Source: a virus
Virus record (IMG/VR): IMGVR_UViG_3300042516_003202
Strand: one strand, 5' to 3'
Length of the DNA: 64,000 nucleotides
The position numbers and the translations under genes are program-made. The notes under the pieces were generated by a model. The model worked only from the letters and a program-made list of their open reading frames with translations, was not told the DNA's origin and searched no databases. Position 1 is the stretch's first letter. Every line of letters starts with the position of its first letter. Positions 52,401 to 58,657 of this stretch are shown piece by piece.

Positions 52401-53160
52401 AATTTTTAGTTATTAAATCTGCTATTACAATTTTTCTTCTTAAATACTCTGAAGATGATGGTTTAAGAACAAAATCTTCTGTATTTAAAACCTTTACTTC
52501 TTCTCCATACAAAACTCTAAAAAGTATTTTTATGGATTCTTCAGTGCCTTTAGATTTATAAAAAGATTTAATTTGAGAAATAAAATTATCTACGTTTAAA
52601 TCTGGAGTAAATTTTATATCTTCAAATCCAGGCGCGAAGAGATATTTTAATCTTTTATAAAAATTTTGTAAAAATAATGCGCTTAAATTTACGACAGTAG
52701 AATTATTTTTATGCGATGCTGCAATTGAAGTTGAAAAAATTAATTCTCCTGGATTTAAAGGATCGTCAAAAGAAGTAATTCCACAAAATCCACGGATACA
52801 ACCAGTAAATTTATTTCCTTCAATTTTTTTATAAGTAATAATCTCATCATCTATTTTTAATAACCCATATTCATCAGGAAATCCTTTTGTTGAGGACACG
52901 GTAATTTCCGAAGATGAAGCAGTAATATTTGAGGAAAGAGTAGTTTTCCCCGAAATAACTTCCGGTGTTATTGACTGAAATCTTAAATATTGATCTAAAT
53001 TTTCTGCAATATCTACAGGACCGCCAGGGTACTCCTGAGATTTATAATAATCTTTAAGAAATTCAGAAAACTTTGGATTTTCATCTAAAAAGAATTCTGG
53101 TATCTGATTGTCAATTACTTCTTGTATTTTTACTCTTTGCTCAAATCCTGTTGATATCAT
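40441..53160 (-). CDS. gp7: Baseplate wedge initiator, giant (4239 aa)
   Basis: NQIPEFF, FLKDYYKSQEY, YKSKGTEESIKILF, DGYPIYGPYG, HPAGTK; between gp6 and gp8. Confidence 0.88.
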   Translation of the reverse strand: MISTGFEQRVKIQEVIDNQIPEFFLDENPKFSEFLKDYYKSQEYPGGPVDIAENLDQYLRFQSITPEVISGKTTLSSNITASSSEITVSSTKGFPDEYGLLKIDDEIITYKKIEGNKFTGCIRGFCGITSFDDPLNPGELIFSTSIAASHKNNSTVVNLSALFLQNFYKRLKYLFAPGFEDIKFTPDLNVDNFISQIKSFYKSKGTEESIKILFRVLYGEEVKVLNTEDFVLKPSSSEYLRRKIVIADLITKNCNPENLIGQEIRSNNQLYSGPVSRVDILTRNNKALYRIELFYGYDDSDLTDGNFKITPKTKITETVSVGSSIINVDSTVGFGKTGTFISNSQQISYTNKNLTQFFGCTGITSSIPCSSDLYFNSDVIYGYENGDINKKIEFIVTGSLSNISKVDNLNLFREGETISVKNYGDKILNPLSERSFKQKLFNSWVYNVKSRYEIQSYSNGSSQIVLYESPDKSSLKNGDYVDILKQNSEDIILENVLVQNINSNIVQLDTEIQNSPLNQKLSIRRNYKYASSSNIPLTYSKILSDVQNTYVENNDFIYVSSNSLPSYNITTKIKKISKTISQLSDVNNVFGGLNAVTRKYSTLSFDNEVPFITGDEVVYTHTTTTPISGLSNNAVYYVEVLDQKNKIKLYSSRSFLSTGDNIELEINENLGTHTFTLRSQTSEKLLPSNSLIKFPISQKYEDYVKKIETKPGEVGVLVNGVSIINYKSDDRIYYGPINNISVINSGEDYDVIDPPKVIISNPTVGIGTTALANLIVEGSIKEVLVDPQKVSLERVITVSVSGGNGKGAILEPIISDQYKEIEFNAAQYEFGGGINISEETITFLENHDLVDGKKIVYSSNGNPQLGVGSFGLSNTDQDLYLINGAIYYPKILNTKSIKLFNTLSDLNSGINTVGFTTVNTGGIHKFRFYDPIRVLSQIRVVDGGEGYANKVLRVKPSGISTQNYTINFKNHGFKDGDIIEYSSTGGYMSGLSTDKQYNVLKVDDDYFRLSEIGGISVGFSKSNYERRKYVKFESSGSGYQVFSYPEVKINIDAEYSQSTGIITATPVVRGKISGVYVYENGTNYGSQILNFNKKPTISLQKGRGAQLKPIVINGRIVKVEVQSRGLLYSKSLDLQVVGNGIGAKLRAVVVNGSITSVIVINGGIGYGNNTKIIINSPGRNAILFPEVRYLTLNNNFRYSDEYLTPREGGMTYGIVGYSTNRDGTQFDEPRSTREGHSKIIGWSRDGYPIYGPYGHNDPKNLNSEIVILKTGYSLSGSFIENRPSLNNFPLGYFVDDYKFTNSGDLDESNGRYAVTPDFPNGTYAYYVGVTSSQSSSNLIPNFPYFIGNSYRSIVSDDFILDQNDDFNETTLLRNTFPHRVSQKYSKSDFIPLLNEFSKQITTIEQTKPGVIDKIDVVNSGQDYAIGDIVVFDNDGSSGSGANAIVSEIYNKDDIVSLETSYKVYENATFVWKDSNTVSVRILPYHELDNNSNVQIIGLSTSLKNITGDHNIKVDRYYSRLTKSLSSAASSGISTDIYVSEIPKNISIGSSITIGSEVALVLNVFEEQNIIKVRRGQTGISHTVSELISYYPNTFEIKTNTNFFDSSFSKTNYFNPQKSVGFGTDVGTITNVQRNIGNYSNQISIPIQSIYIPNHGLKNNQKVLLTISPLGVPISVSNTEDTSGGNTFNLPLSGPSQEVYVINKSKDYIGIVTQVGLTTQTSGLFFIGAGVGGSIDYDDYKIQTQLTGYENITGTVRKIQTKVSISTDHTLVNGDTIKLNVVPNISSGGIETSSSLKISYDSEYNKLLVNRVGFGSTSVSTLNNSISINSHGFYTGQKIFYYSQDANIQNLSKGEYYVYVVDSNTIKLSETYLDSISFPPKLISIGSSGGNIQYVSKINSQILSVKNNFLEFNLSDSSLSGYDFELFYDKEFNKNFVSSGISTIFNITKNGVVGVNGSLKLKFDKNLPVSLYYSLTKNGKSIFTNTNEQDYQIKFINSLYNNTYKISGVAGTHFYISLQEIPEKSYYLKSECETISYSTNSKTSIGPISNISLLNEGSGYKSLPFISGISTSPSTVGGIFGSRTGGKNAVLDIKSKSIGKLEFLNLSSQGYSYVSDNTLRPKADISTQLFLKNADEIDRVEVIEGGKNYISKPNLILLNTSSRKVIDSGKFDVEMSASSISEVKVISKPNGLENVVHQLYTVNNSNGISISGITTYTNGIVHCKLRSPGISAFSTPPFESGDYVFIEGLQKRSYEDEFGNITSPGNGFNSSDHGYNFFRVVEFINSPGNTLLKYDISPYTSYAGDPALSQTVYSVAVNKKNYPVFKLNQNSKQFFENEVLYINGTLTDITVKSLLYKAITITNSDVFFVKKGDEILGSVSGNKCIVGNIIEYDGEFIISSSLTSDLGWKTNVGRLDDDLQVLQDNDYYQNLAYSIKSSKEYNKFSTILNTLAHPAGTKSFANTGISSSAKTSIGSTQGISITLDFNDEKRVDVIKNFDLAFDYDSTTNSSSYIRLLNKKLTDYIECKTNRVLQIDDISNSFSSSEFNKDVFLDSLTYPVTDFYSKFLIQISEIRESDSPYQLSEVVVINDFKNTFTLNKSDVYSSRLLGTFNGEISLSGDPVLRFNPADPYETSYRLKIYREYFNESYNKQSGFKDYGFIRLYGNTDKLLPQVGVSTVIFRGLSTQFNAVYASAIVVDTDNYNLNYYEVVGCYDGTDTHISEFYFDNQKSLGGSSGSHIGTFGLNVSSGVITLDFTNNKTNNILIKSKSVGFGTTASGIGTYRFLVEDQLEETERTSRIESNYSKTVGISSIKIFDSSLESGFRSIVKISVGSTIAMHQVTTICDELSISLQSDPFISVGSPNGIGTFSASLFGSIACINFHPDPKFASSQLTIQSYDHILYKEIDEFNPPDVLTYGSAIERQYLSRYGSINNFGKDRLDFDLNYNRIPIFVKSFNPKKESVLNKETGVFTIKDHFFETGEELIYTPGSTLSNIPPLPVGIGSTLVGGITLIADSIVGFNTLIGLASTVGISTGSFSISGEGFSNGNTTIVSIGETYSYFIGNVTSVGSTVITGIGNTEILKIGSGIYSGNNNSLGTIISIGINSITASSVIPIGSDRLYYSNNLKPALTLSNVSTATTFRKTYSTGITTDICPSKVYAIKIDRNTFKITGVSGGSGIGFTFTNVGSGNLHKFEMVKKMEKSVITVNGVNQYPLTYTSLTYTLSESVGVGTTFIRFSGIGSIYSGDILKGKDEYLNVINVGFGTTVKGPITGIGSIPLVQVIRASLGSTETFHTSGDVFRLYKGAYNIVGNKIWFADAPDGKGNNDVLSENYLPSPKSTFNGRVFLRKDYTGNQIYDDISQNFTGIARTFTLYKNEVPVANAIPGNNLVFINDVFQTPDTQNNTGNNYEILSSPGISSVSFTGIKIPNTNDVFTVDYDVNQNELPRGGILVSLAFTGGLGYAPLVGIPSSMIDLKVGAGGSIRSIGFTTSIVVGIATTGMIGINTDVITGITTTSISVGQKVIDILNEQTLNLVNPIVPNLTRFLQYDTLVSSIGINSIFISKSTTNNVAFSTTFGFDIGPIIGSGYYNTISIGITDSLHNGTPANIKAFVGSGGTVTSFNIVSGGSGYVNPYVAIPDPSYERLPIVGVSKVSVGNTTKCGIGVSLTFSVSPSIEVGVNSTYYRISDYELNKSGYGFELGDIFQPVGLTTAQGLQKPITPILFTVTDIKADSFASWQVGEFDYIDNIKQLQDGIRTRFPLYKNGELLSFEINRLDPDSSLIDFDSVLLIYINGVMQEPDVSYRFTGGTTFSFLEAPKPSDNISIFFYRGTSGVDSVEVDITQTIKPGDSVQINKNDLIPQTIGQDPRLVSYILSSDIFETGIYLGDGVDQINPRPINLITQKRDLIINETFYSKERDSIEPLVFPTAKIIKSFTPSDNFIFVDDAQFFNYEENNFGNEVRSFDGLVIANQDPVSAAISAVVSTGSTSISSISIINGGSGYLGIGNSILLKTRSVGVGGSNAIIYATVSSAGTITSPINIVSPGFGYTHTNPPQVIAPVPTANKEIIKDIIFVDGFSGIITGITTTSGIGTDLAIKFFVKYDQDYDPNTLKVGYPIYVFDTTVGSGLTSIDSNNTEKVAIGTEYCNNIYYVHSITNLNLQGSITCNIMSNSNITGISTFGNTKKGEFSWGRFSGLKRSDNINSISVNLNEYTTSVGLTTYPTIQRRKFGLRSTGALSKIDL

Positions 53161-53161
53161 A

Positions 53162-55045
53162 TTACCTCGTTAACTTACCATTAAAGTAGCTTGAAGTTAT
53201 TGGGAAATTAACTCCTGAAATTTGTTCACCGGAAACAATAGTATCTCTTAGCATATTTATATTAGGTGAACTGGAGTTAACATCAAAAATAACATACAAA
53301 TCTTTGAGACCTATTACATCATTTGATTCTGGGTATGCTTGTATTTCTATAACTCCATTAGGAAGTTCTGTACTAAAAATATTGATTGTATTAATCAATA
53401 TCTCACCAGTTTTATAATTAACTTGTCCTATTGATTTTTTAACAATTTCATATGTCTTTAAATCTTCCAAAGGTTTTACTATTGTTAATGAACCAATGTC
53501 ACTGTTAGGTTCCGGAACATCAACAAAATAGCAAGTAGACGTTTCTCCAAGGATATTAAATCCCGTACTTTTTATATTATATTTACCAATTTCTCTGTGA
53601 AATTGATTACCAAAACAAAGTTCATATTGTGCAAATCTATTCAGCACACAATTTAAATTTCTTCTAATTTTTACTCGGGTAATATTAGAAGTTATAGAAG
53701 TGTCAACACCATCAATCAATTGTAAAACTTTACTATATCTAAATCTTCCACCAAATTTATTTAAGTTTACTGATTTTGAATATGATTCGAGAGTTGATAT
53801 AATTTTAGTTTTAAGATCTGAAGTATTGCTAATTTTATTGGAATCATAGTAAATAGAAGATTCAATTTCAACAAACAGTGTTTTGAGATCAACTATCTTG
53901 TGATTAATTCCAATTGAAGCATATTTTTTCAGTTTATTTAATAAATCTTCTTTGGTAAAATCTGATAATTTATAAGAATTTTTTGGTTTAATGCTTATTA
54001 GAACATTTCCAAATTCTGGCGGGTCTAATTCCTCTCCACCTATTACAGATACAGATTCTGCATCAGGATAAATCATTTTTATAATAGACTCATAATCTCT
54101 TGATGTTACTGCCCTATATTGCGAAGAATATATTCTAGGTGCAAAATATTTGATAGAATCTATAGATTCTATATCACTACCACCAGTTGCCGATGAGTTG
54201 GTTGTAATGGAAATTGAACCAACTGGATTTTGTACAACATCTACTATATTTGTAATAACCCCTGAGAATGAAAATGAAGAAGGACCATTTCCTTCAGGAC
54301 CATCTGTTACAATATAAGTAACTTCAATTATAGAATTATTTTTTAATTTTCTTCCTAAAATTCCATCACCAAATATTAATTCATATTTTTCATCTTCTAT
54401 CTCTTGAATTAAATAAATTTCAGATTTTGAATTGATATCAATGATATTATCAATTAATTTGTACTCAAATCCATCTACTTTTACTTTTATTGTCGAAGTA
54501 TCTATATTTTGATTGTCTAATATAAATTTTTGTTTTATTGAGTTATTTGTAACAAATTGCTTAGTAATAAAAACACCCTGATAAATGTTAATATTTTTAA
54601 AGGAAGCTACTGAAGTATTTTGATTGACATTTGTTAAAATATTTTCTGGTATCGAAAATACATATGAAGTATTGTCCGACGATCCAACACAAACTAATCC
54701 AGATTTTAGGATAAGTTGGGTTGGTAAAGATGAAGTTGATGAAAGTTGAACATCAAATGATATATTTGCTTTTGCACATGTTTTAGATCTCGGTATATAT
54801 CCAACATTTCTTGCTAAAGAAACTACATTATTCCTGAAAGTCGCAGAATCCAGAAAGGATTCGTTGACAATCATGTTTGAATTAAATGCAGTTATGTACG
54901 TATTATACGCTAATACGTCAATTAATACTGAAAAATTAGATCCTTCAAAGTCAAAATCAGTAAACGTAGAGTTTGCTCTAAGGTATGATTTTATTAAAGT
55001 TTTTATTTGATCAAAATCTAGATCTGTAAATTTTGTAAAAGGCAT
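53162..55045 (-). CDS. gp6: Baseplate wedge subunit
   Basis: LDFDQIK, FEGSNFSVLIDVLAYNTY, QYRAVTSRDY. Confidence 0.95.
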   Translation of the reverse strand: MPFTKFTDLDFDQIKTLIKSYLRANSTFTDFDFEGSNFSVLIDVLAYNTYITAFNSNMIVNESFLDSATFRNNVVSLARNVGYIPRSKTCAKANISFDVQLSSTSSLPTQLILKSGLVCVGSSDNTSYVFSIPENILTNVNQNTSVASFKNINIYQGVFITKQFVTNNSIKQKFILDNQNIDTSTIKVKVDGFEYKLIDNIIDINSKSEIYLIQEIEDEKYELIFGDGILGRKLKNNSIIEVTYIVTDGPEGNGPSSFSFSGVITNIVDVVQNPVGSISITTNSSATGGSDIESIDSIKYFAPRIYSSQYRAVTSRDYESIIKMIYPDAESVSVIGGEELDPPEFGNVLISIKPKNSYKLSDFTKEDLLNKLKKYASIGINHKIVDLKTLFVEIESSIYYDSNKISNTSDLKTKIISTLESYSKSVNLNKFGGRFRYSKVLQLIDGVDTSITSNITRVKIRRNLNCVLNRFAQYELCFGNQFHREIGKYNIKSTGFNILGETSTCYFVDVPEPNSDIGSLTIVKPLEDLKTYEIVKKSIGQVNYKTGEILINTINIFSTELPNGVIEIQAYPESNDVIGLKDLYVIFDVNSSSPNINMLRDTIVSGEQISGVNFPITSSYFNGKLTR

Positions 55046-55046
55046 T

Positions 55047-55448
55047 TTATCTTGTTGCCTCTAAAATGTAGGTGAAATTTTGTTTTGGAAACTCTTCGCC
55101 TATAATATCAAATTCAACGTTAATTTCAAAGGAATTTAAATCTGGTGATGGGTCTACATTAATTTTTACATTAGTAACTCTAGGTTCATAATTTTGAATT
55201 GCAAACTCTATTTGTGTTTTTAATAGAGAAGCCGATCCAAAATCAACAAAATCAAATAATGTAGTTCTAACTTCTGTCCCTACTGTTGTATTAAAAAATC
55301 TTTCACTTGGAAGAGTTTGTACAAGATTCCTAATCGATCTTTTAATAGCAGATTCATTAGTTAAAGAGAGAGCATCTTTAGTTACGGGATGCATATCAAA
55401 TGATAAACTAATGTCCTTAAACTTTTTAGATACTCTCGTTATCGCCAT
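55047..55448 (-). CDS. gp25: Baseplate wedge subunit (gp25 family)
   Basis: FKDISLSF, AIKRSIRNLVQT, ERFF, NYEPRV. Confidence 0.93.
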   Translation of the reverse strand: MAITRVSKKFKDISLSFDMHPVTKDALSLTNESAIKRSIRNLVQTLPSERFFNTTVGTEVRTTLFDFVDFGSASLLKTQIEFAIQNYEPRVTNVKINVDPSPDLNSFEINVEFDIIGEEFPKQNFTYILEATR

Positions 55449-55489
55449 TAAAGAAAAACTAGTATTTTTCTTTATTTATATGGTTATTT

Positions 55490-55732
55490 TTACCATGAAT
55501 GACCATAAGTGGGTTCTGTTCCATACTCCCAATCATCATAATCATTATCATTGCGAATAGTTTTATGCATTTTTTCACTTAAATTGAATTTATTTTTTTC
55601 AACATCATCATGCATAATTTCTTGAATAACTTTTTTCTTTTCGGTAACAACTTCATAGTCCGTGATAAGTTTTGTGGTTCCCCACATCTGATGCATGTAG
55701 TTTTTATCCCTATCAACTGGTAAATTTGCCAT
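55490..55732 (-). CDS. Conserved cyanophage hypothetical protein
   Basis: 80-aa ORF with GGAG SD; YMHQMWGTTKLITDY. Confidence 0.7.
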   Translation of the reverse strand: MANLPVDRDKNYMHQMWGTTKLITDYEVVTEKKKVIQEIMHDDVEKNKFNLSEKMHKTIRNDNDYDDWEYGTEPTYGHSW

Positions 55733-55800
55733 TTTAGCTCCTGTTTTTGTTAAAAACAGAACTTTTTTTGGAAGGAGGTTGCTATCTCCCCTATGACTAT

Positions 55801-56142
55801 TTAACGATAAAGGTATCTTAAGTTATAATTGTCGGAATTTAAGTATTTTAATATCTCAAGTGCGATTAATTTGGGATTTCCATCACCACAAGTGTATACA
55901 TCTATTGCCAAACACCCATTTTCTGGCCAAGTATGACACGAGACATGACTTTCTGCGAGTGCAATCACAATTGTACACCCCTGAGGAATGAAACAATGCG
56001 AGAAAACGTTCAAAATAGTCATTTTTGCACGTTCAATACCACGTATCATAGCATTTTGAAGCGATTCTAGGTCATTAATCGCTTCAAAATCAACATCGTA
56101 CACCTCTAAGAGCAGGTGATTACCCATCGAAAACTGTTCCAA
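55801..56142 (-). CDS. speD: Pyruvoyl-dependent S-adenosylmethionine decarboxylase proenzyme
   Basis: PQGCT...LAE|SHVSCHTWPE..DVYTCG self-cleavage motif. Confidence 0.9.
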   Translation of the reverse strand: MEQFSMGNHLLLEVYDVDFEAINDLESLQNAMIRGIERAKMTILNVFSHCFIPQGCTIVIALAESHVSCHTWPENGCLAIDVYTCGDGNPKLIALEILKYLNSDNYNLRYLYR

Positions 56143-56162
56143 CGCACAAAAATCGCAAAAAT

Positions 56163-56618
56163 CTATTTATTACGTATTTTTTGGACCATTTCATAGTCCT
56201 GTTCTAGAATTTTCTTCAAATATTCGTCTTCCCACAGATCATAATAGTTGGTTTTTGCTAAAATTGCTCTCATTTTTGTTAAAAATTGAGAATCTTGATA
56301 CAAAATTAGATTATATTTTCCATTATTAGTTTGAACTCCATTAATAAAACTATCTTCATCACGAAAATCGTCAAAAAACTTATATTTTGGGTATAATTTG
56401 TTTAATTCTTCTATTTTTTGATAACCGTATTCGAGATCTAAATCATCTTCGACAATAAAAATAACGACACCAAACTCTTCTTCAAGAGGTTTAATGTCGT
56501 TTATTGAACAATTAACTATTTTATACGTATTTGCCTTTGCGAAGGGGCATACAGAATGCCCCTTTAGATCTGGATGAGATTTTTGAATAGTTTTTATCCA
56601 ATTTTCCAGATCTTTCAT
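56163..56618 (-). CDS. Hypothetical protein (CPFAK motif, DUF1415-like)
   Basis: GHSVCPFAK; 151 aa. Confidence 0.65.
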   Translation of the reverse strand: MKDLENWIKTIQKSHPDLKGHSVCPFAKANTYKIVNCSINDIKPLEEEFGVVIFIVEDDLDLEYGYQKIEELNKLYPKYKFFDDFRDEDSFINGVQTNNGKYNLILYQDSQFLTKMRAILAKTNYYDLWEDEYLKKILEQDYEMVQKIRNK

Positions 56619-56621
56619 ATA

Positions 56622-56777
56622 TCAACCTTTACCTTGACCTCTGTAAGGTTTACGAGCCTTGTTGCGAGACGTCGCAGAATACTTAGTGCCATCTCCATCA
56701 CCCTGCCGAGTTTTCTTCGGAGGACCGGGAATATAAGACTCGCGCTTGTTCAGTCCGCCTTTTGCTTTTGCTGCCAT
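56622..56777 (-). CDS. 51-aa very basic protein (MAAKAKGGLNKRESYIPGPPKKTRQGDGDGTKYSATSRNKARKPYRGQGKG)
   Basis: Manual translation; GGAGA SD upstream. Confidence 0.75.
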   Translation of the reverse strand: MAAKAKGGLNKRESYIPGPPKKTRQGDGDGTKYSATSRNKARKPYRGQGKG

Positions 56778-56779
56778 AG

Positions 56780-56950
56780 TTATTCTCCTATAATTTCAGT
56801 TTCAAGTTCTTCTGGTTTTGGAGAACCTGTCTTGTAAAATTGAATTGACAGATCCTCCATAGTTTGAAAATATTCTTCCTCTGTAAGATTAGTATAAATT
56901 TTACGCCCCTTACAGAGAATATTATACCTTTCGTCAGATTTGTTAGACAT
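56780..56950 (-). CDS. 56-aa conserved hypothetical protein
   Basis: MSNKSDERYNILCKGRKIY; TGATG overlap with upstream gene. Confidence 0.7.
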   Translation of the reverse strand: MSNKSDERYNILCKGRKIYTNLTEEEYFQTMEDLSIQFYKTGSPKPEELETEIIGE

Positions 56951-57711
56951 CAAATAACTCTTGTTTTTTCGTGACCAACTCGGATACGTGGATCGCACCA
57001 AATTTCAAATCCTGCTTCTTTTGCATCCAAACAGAAACTGACATCTTCGCCGCACATATCCTGAACCTCCCCAGATTCAAAAATTTGCATCTTAGGGGCA
57101 AACCATGGATACTTCATTTCAGGGTGTTCAAATACACCATGCTTAATCAGCAACCAACCAAATCCAGTGTAATCTACTGTAAATGGTTTTCTGCGATTTT
57201 TCATGGTTTCTAGAGTTTCATGATTCATGACTCCTCCATTACCACGGAAATCTTCTTCGTCTAACCAGTGAGCAACTGAAGTGGTCATTCCATCTTCTGT
57301 ACAATACCAACCGGCAGCAATATCTTTCTCCATTAAAACTAACTGAAGAAATGTTTGTGTGCTGAATACAATGTCAGAATCTATCCAAAGTTGGTAATCA
57401 TACTGTAGCTTACCGTCCCATGGAAGCTGATCTGGACCTCTTAATACGTTTGCTCCAAGGCACTTGCAGCGAGCAAAATTTACCATGGAACTATAATCTT
57501 GGGAGATTTGAATACTTGCACCAATTTGGACAAGATCAAAACATAATTGAACAAAATTCTTTAAAAATGTGTAAGAAACTCCTCTTCCAGGAAGACAAAA
57601 TACAATTGACTTTCCTCTAAGCATTTCTTTTGCTTTTTCATAATCAAACTCTGGTTCTTGCGAATTTGATGCTGTGGGAGTTTTTGCTTTTATAGTAAAT
57701 CCTTTAGCCAT
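56950..57711 (-). CDS. GT-A fold glycosyltransferase-like protein
   Basis: WIDSDIVF (DxD), YTGFGWLLIK, GEDVSFC, GHEK. Confidence 0.8.
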   Translation of the reverse strand: MAKGFTIKAKTPTASNSQEPEFDYEKAKEMLRGKSIVFCLPGRGVSYTFLKNFVQLCFDLVQIGASIQISQDYSSMVNFARCKCLGANVLRGPDQLPWDGKLQYDYQLWIDSDIVFSTQTFLQLVLMEKDIAAGWYCTEDGMTTSVAHWLDEEDFRGNGGVMNHETLETMKNRRKPFTVDYTGFGWLLIKHGVFEHPEMKYPWFAPKMQIFESGEVQDMCGEDVSFCLDAKEAGFEIWCDPRIRVGHEKTRVI

Positions 57712-57734
57712 AATAGAAAGATTTTTACATCAGT

Positions 57735-57764
57735 ATCATACCTTATTATGTATGTGATTGTCAA
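57735..57764 (-). promoter_or_regulatory. sigma70 promoter TTGACA-18-TATGAT
   Basis: Plus strand atcata 57735-57740, tgtcaa 57759-57764. Confidence 0.7.
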
Positions 57765-57928
57765 TTAGGTGAATTAGAATCCTCAACGGCGACTTTCTCC
57801 ATCTCAAAAAACGTGCCGCTCAAATCTAAGGTTTTCCATATTTCATCAAATTCTTCTTTTGATAAATTTGAATGAATACATGTTCTATCTGCGCGAATGT
57901 CATAGATGTTGTAAGTATACTCATTCAT
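57761..57928 (-). CDS. 55-aa hypothetical protein
   Basis: MNEYTYNIYDIRADRTCIHSNLSKEEFDEIWKTL...; overlaps upstream stop. Confidence 0.6.
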   Translation of the reverse strand: MNEYTYNIYDIRADRTCIHSNLSKEEFDEIWKTLDLSGTFFEMEKVAVEDSNSPN

Positions 57929-58094
57929 CCGTAGTATTCTCCGCTAGAATCACTTCATTACCTTCAATATTAAATTTAATTTCAGTGTCCTCATACCAAG
58001 AAAATTCATTTATAATCCATTCTGGTATTGTAATGTAGTATTCGCCAGTGACTGGATCAATTTGCAAGGATTTTATTTCTTTATTTTTTTTCAT
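57921..58094 (-). CDS. 57-aa AbrB/SpoVT-like DNA-binding protein
   Basis: IDPVTGEYYITIPEWIINEFSWYEDTEIKFNIEGNEVIL matches the swapped-hairpin pattern. Confidence 0.65.
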   Translation of the reverse strand: MKKNKEIKSLQIDPVTGEYYITIPEWIINEFSWYEDTEIKFNIEGNEVILAENTTDE

Positions 58095-58357
58095 TAAAAT
58101 ATTCTTAATTTTCTTTCAATTTTATATATTATTTTTATTTTTTTAGTCAACCTTTTGGGTAAATTTTACTGGGGGAATTTTTTTTACTTTAAGGTAATTA
58201 TAAGTCTTGTTTGGGTAACACTTTATAGATTAGGGGATCCATTGGTTTTTAGCCCCACGGCCGCCGCCATCACGATACCGTTATACGATAATACTGCTGT
58301 TTGGCACGAACGAATGGGGGTGTGGTATCACGATACTGTTATGCCCGCATGTGCCAA

Positions 58358-58392
58358 ATAAAAAAAAGGGAGGGCGTCGCCGCCCCCCTGCT
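58358..58392 (-). terminator. Rho-independent terminator closing the GC-rich array
   Basis: Minus strand GC stem (ggggggcg-gcga-cgccctccc) followed by T8. Confidence 0.8.
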
Positions 58393-58396
58393 GCTC

Positions 58397-58588
58397 TCAC
58401 TTCACGTCGCCCAGGGCGCTGTTCGTGGTGCTCATGCGGGTGCCGCGTGAACCAGCGGCGCCGCCGTGGGTGCGAACGCGGGTGCTGCCGCCCTTGATCT
58501 GGTTCGCCCAACGGAGGGCGCGGGCACCGTGCGCCACGGGCAGGCGGGTGATGGTGAACTGGATGCCGTCGATGGTGGTGGTGGTCAT
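58397..58588 (-). CDS. Cassette 1: 63-aa basic protein (MTTTTIDGIQFTITRLPVAHGARA...)
   Basis: ATG directly after the conserved leader; TTGACG-17-TACAAT promoter at 58589-58650. Confidence 0.75.
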   Translation of the reverse strand: MTTTTIDGIQFTITRLPVAHGARALRWANQIKGGSTRVRTHGGAAGSRGTRMSTTNSALGDVK

Positions 58589-58657
58589 CGGGTGCGGTGC
58601 GGTGTGCTCTGGAATTGTAGACGATGGAGGGGCAGGCGTCAACCTGCCCCGCAGGGG

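Noticed and set aside
268-57620. Numerous plus-strand or alternative-frame ORFs overlapping core genes (e.g. 268-747, 3273-3809, 5549-6322, 14113-14577)
   Set aside because: They overlap well-recognised T4-like genes and show no recognisable motifs.
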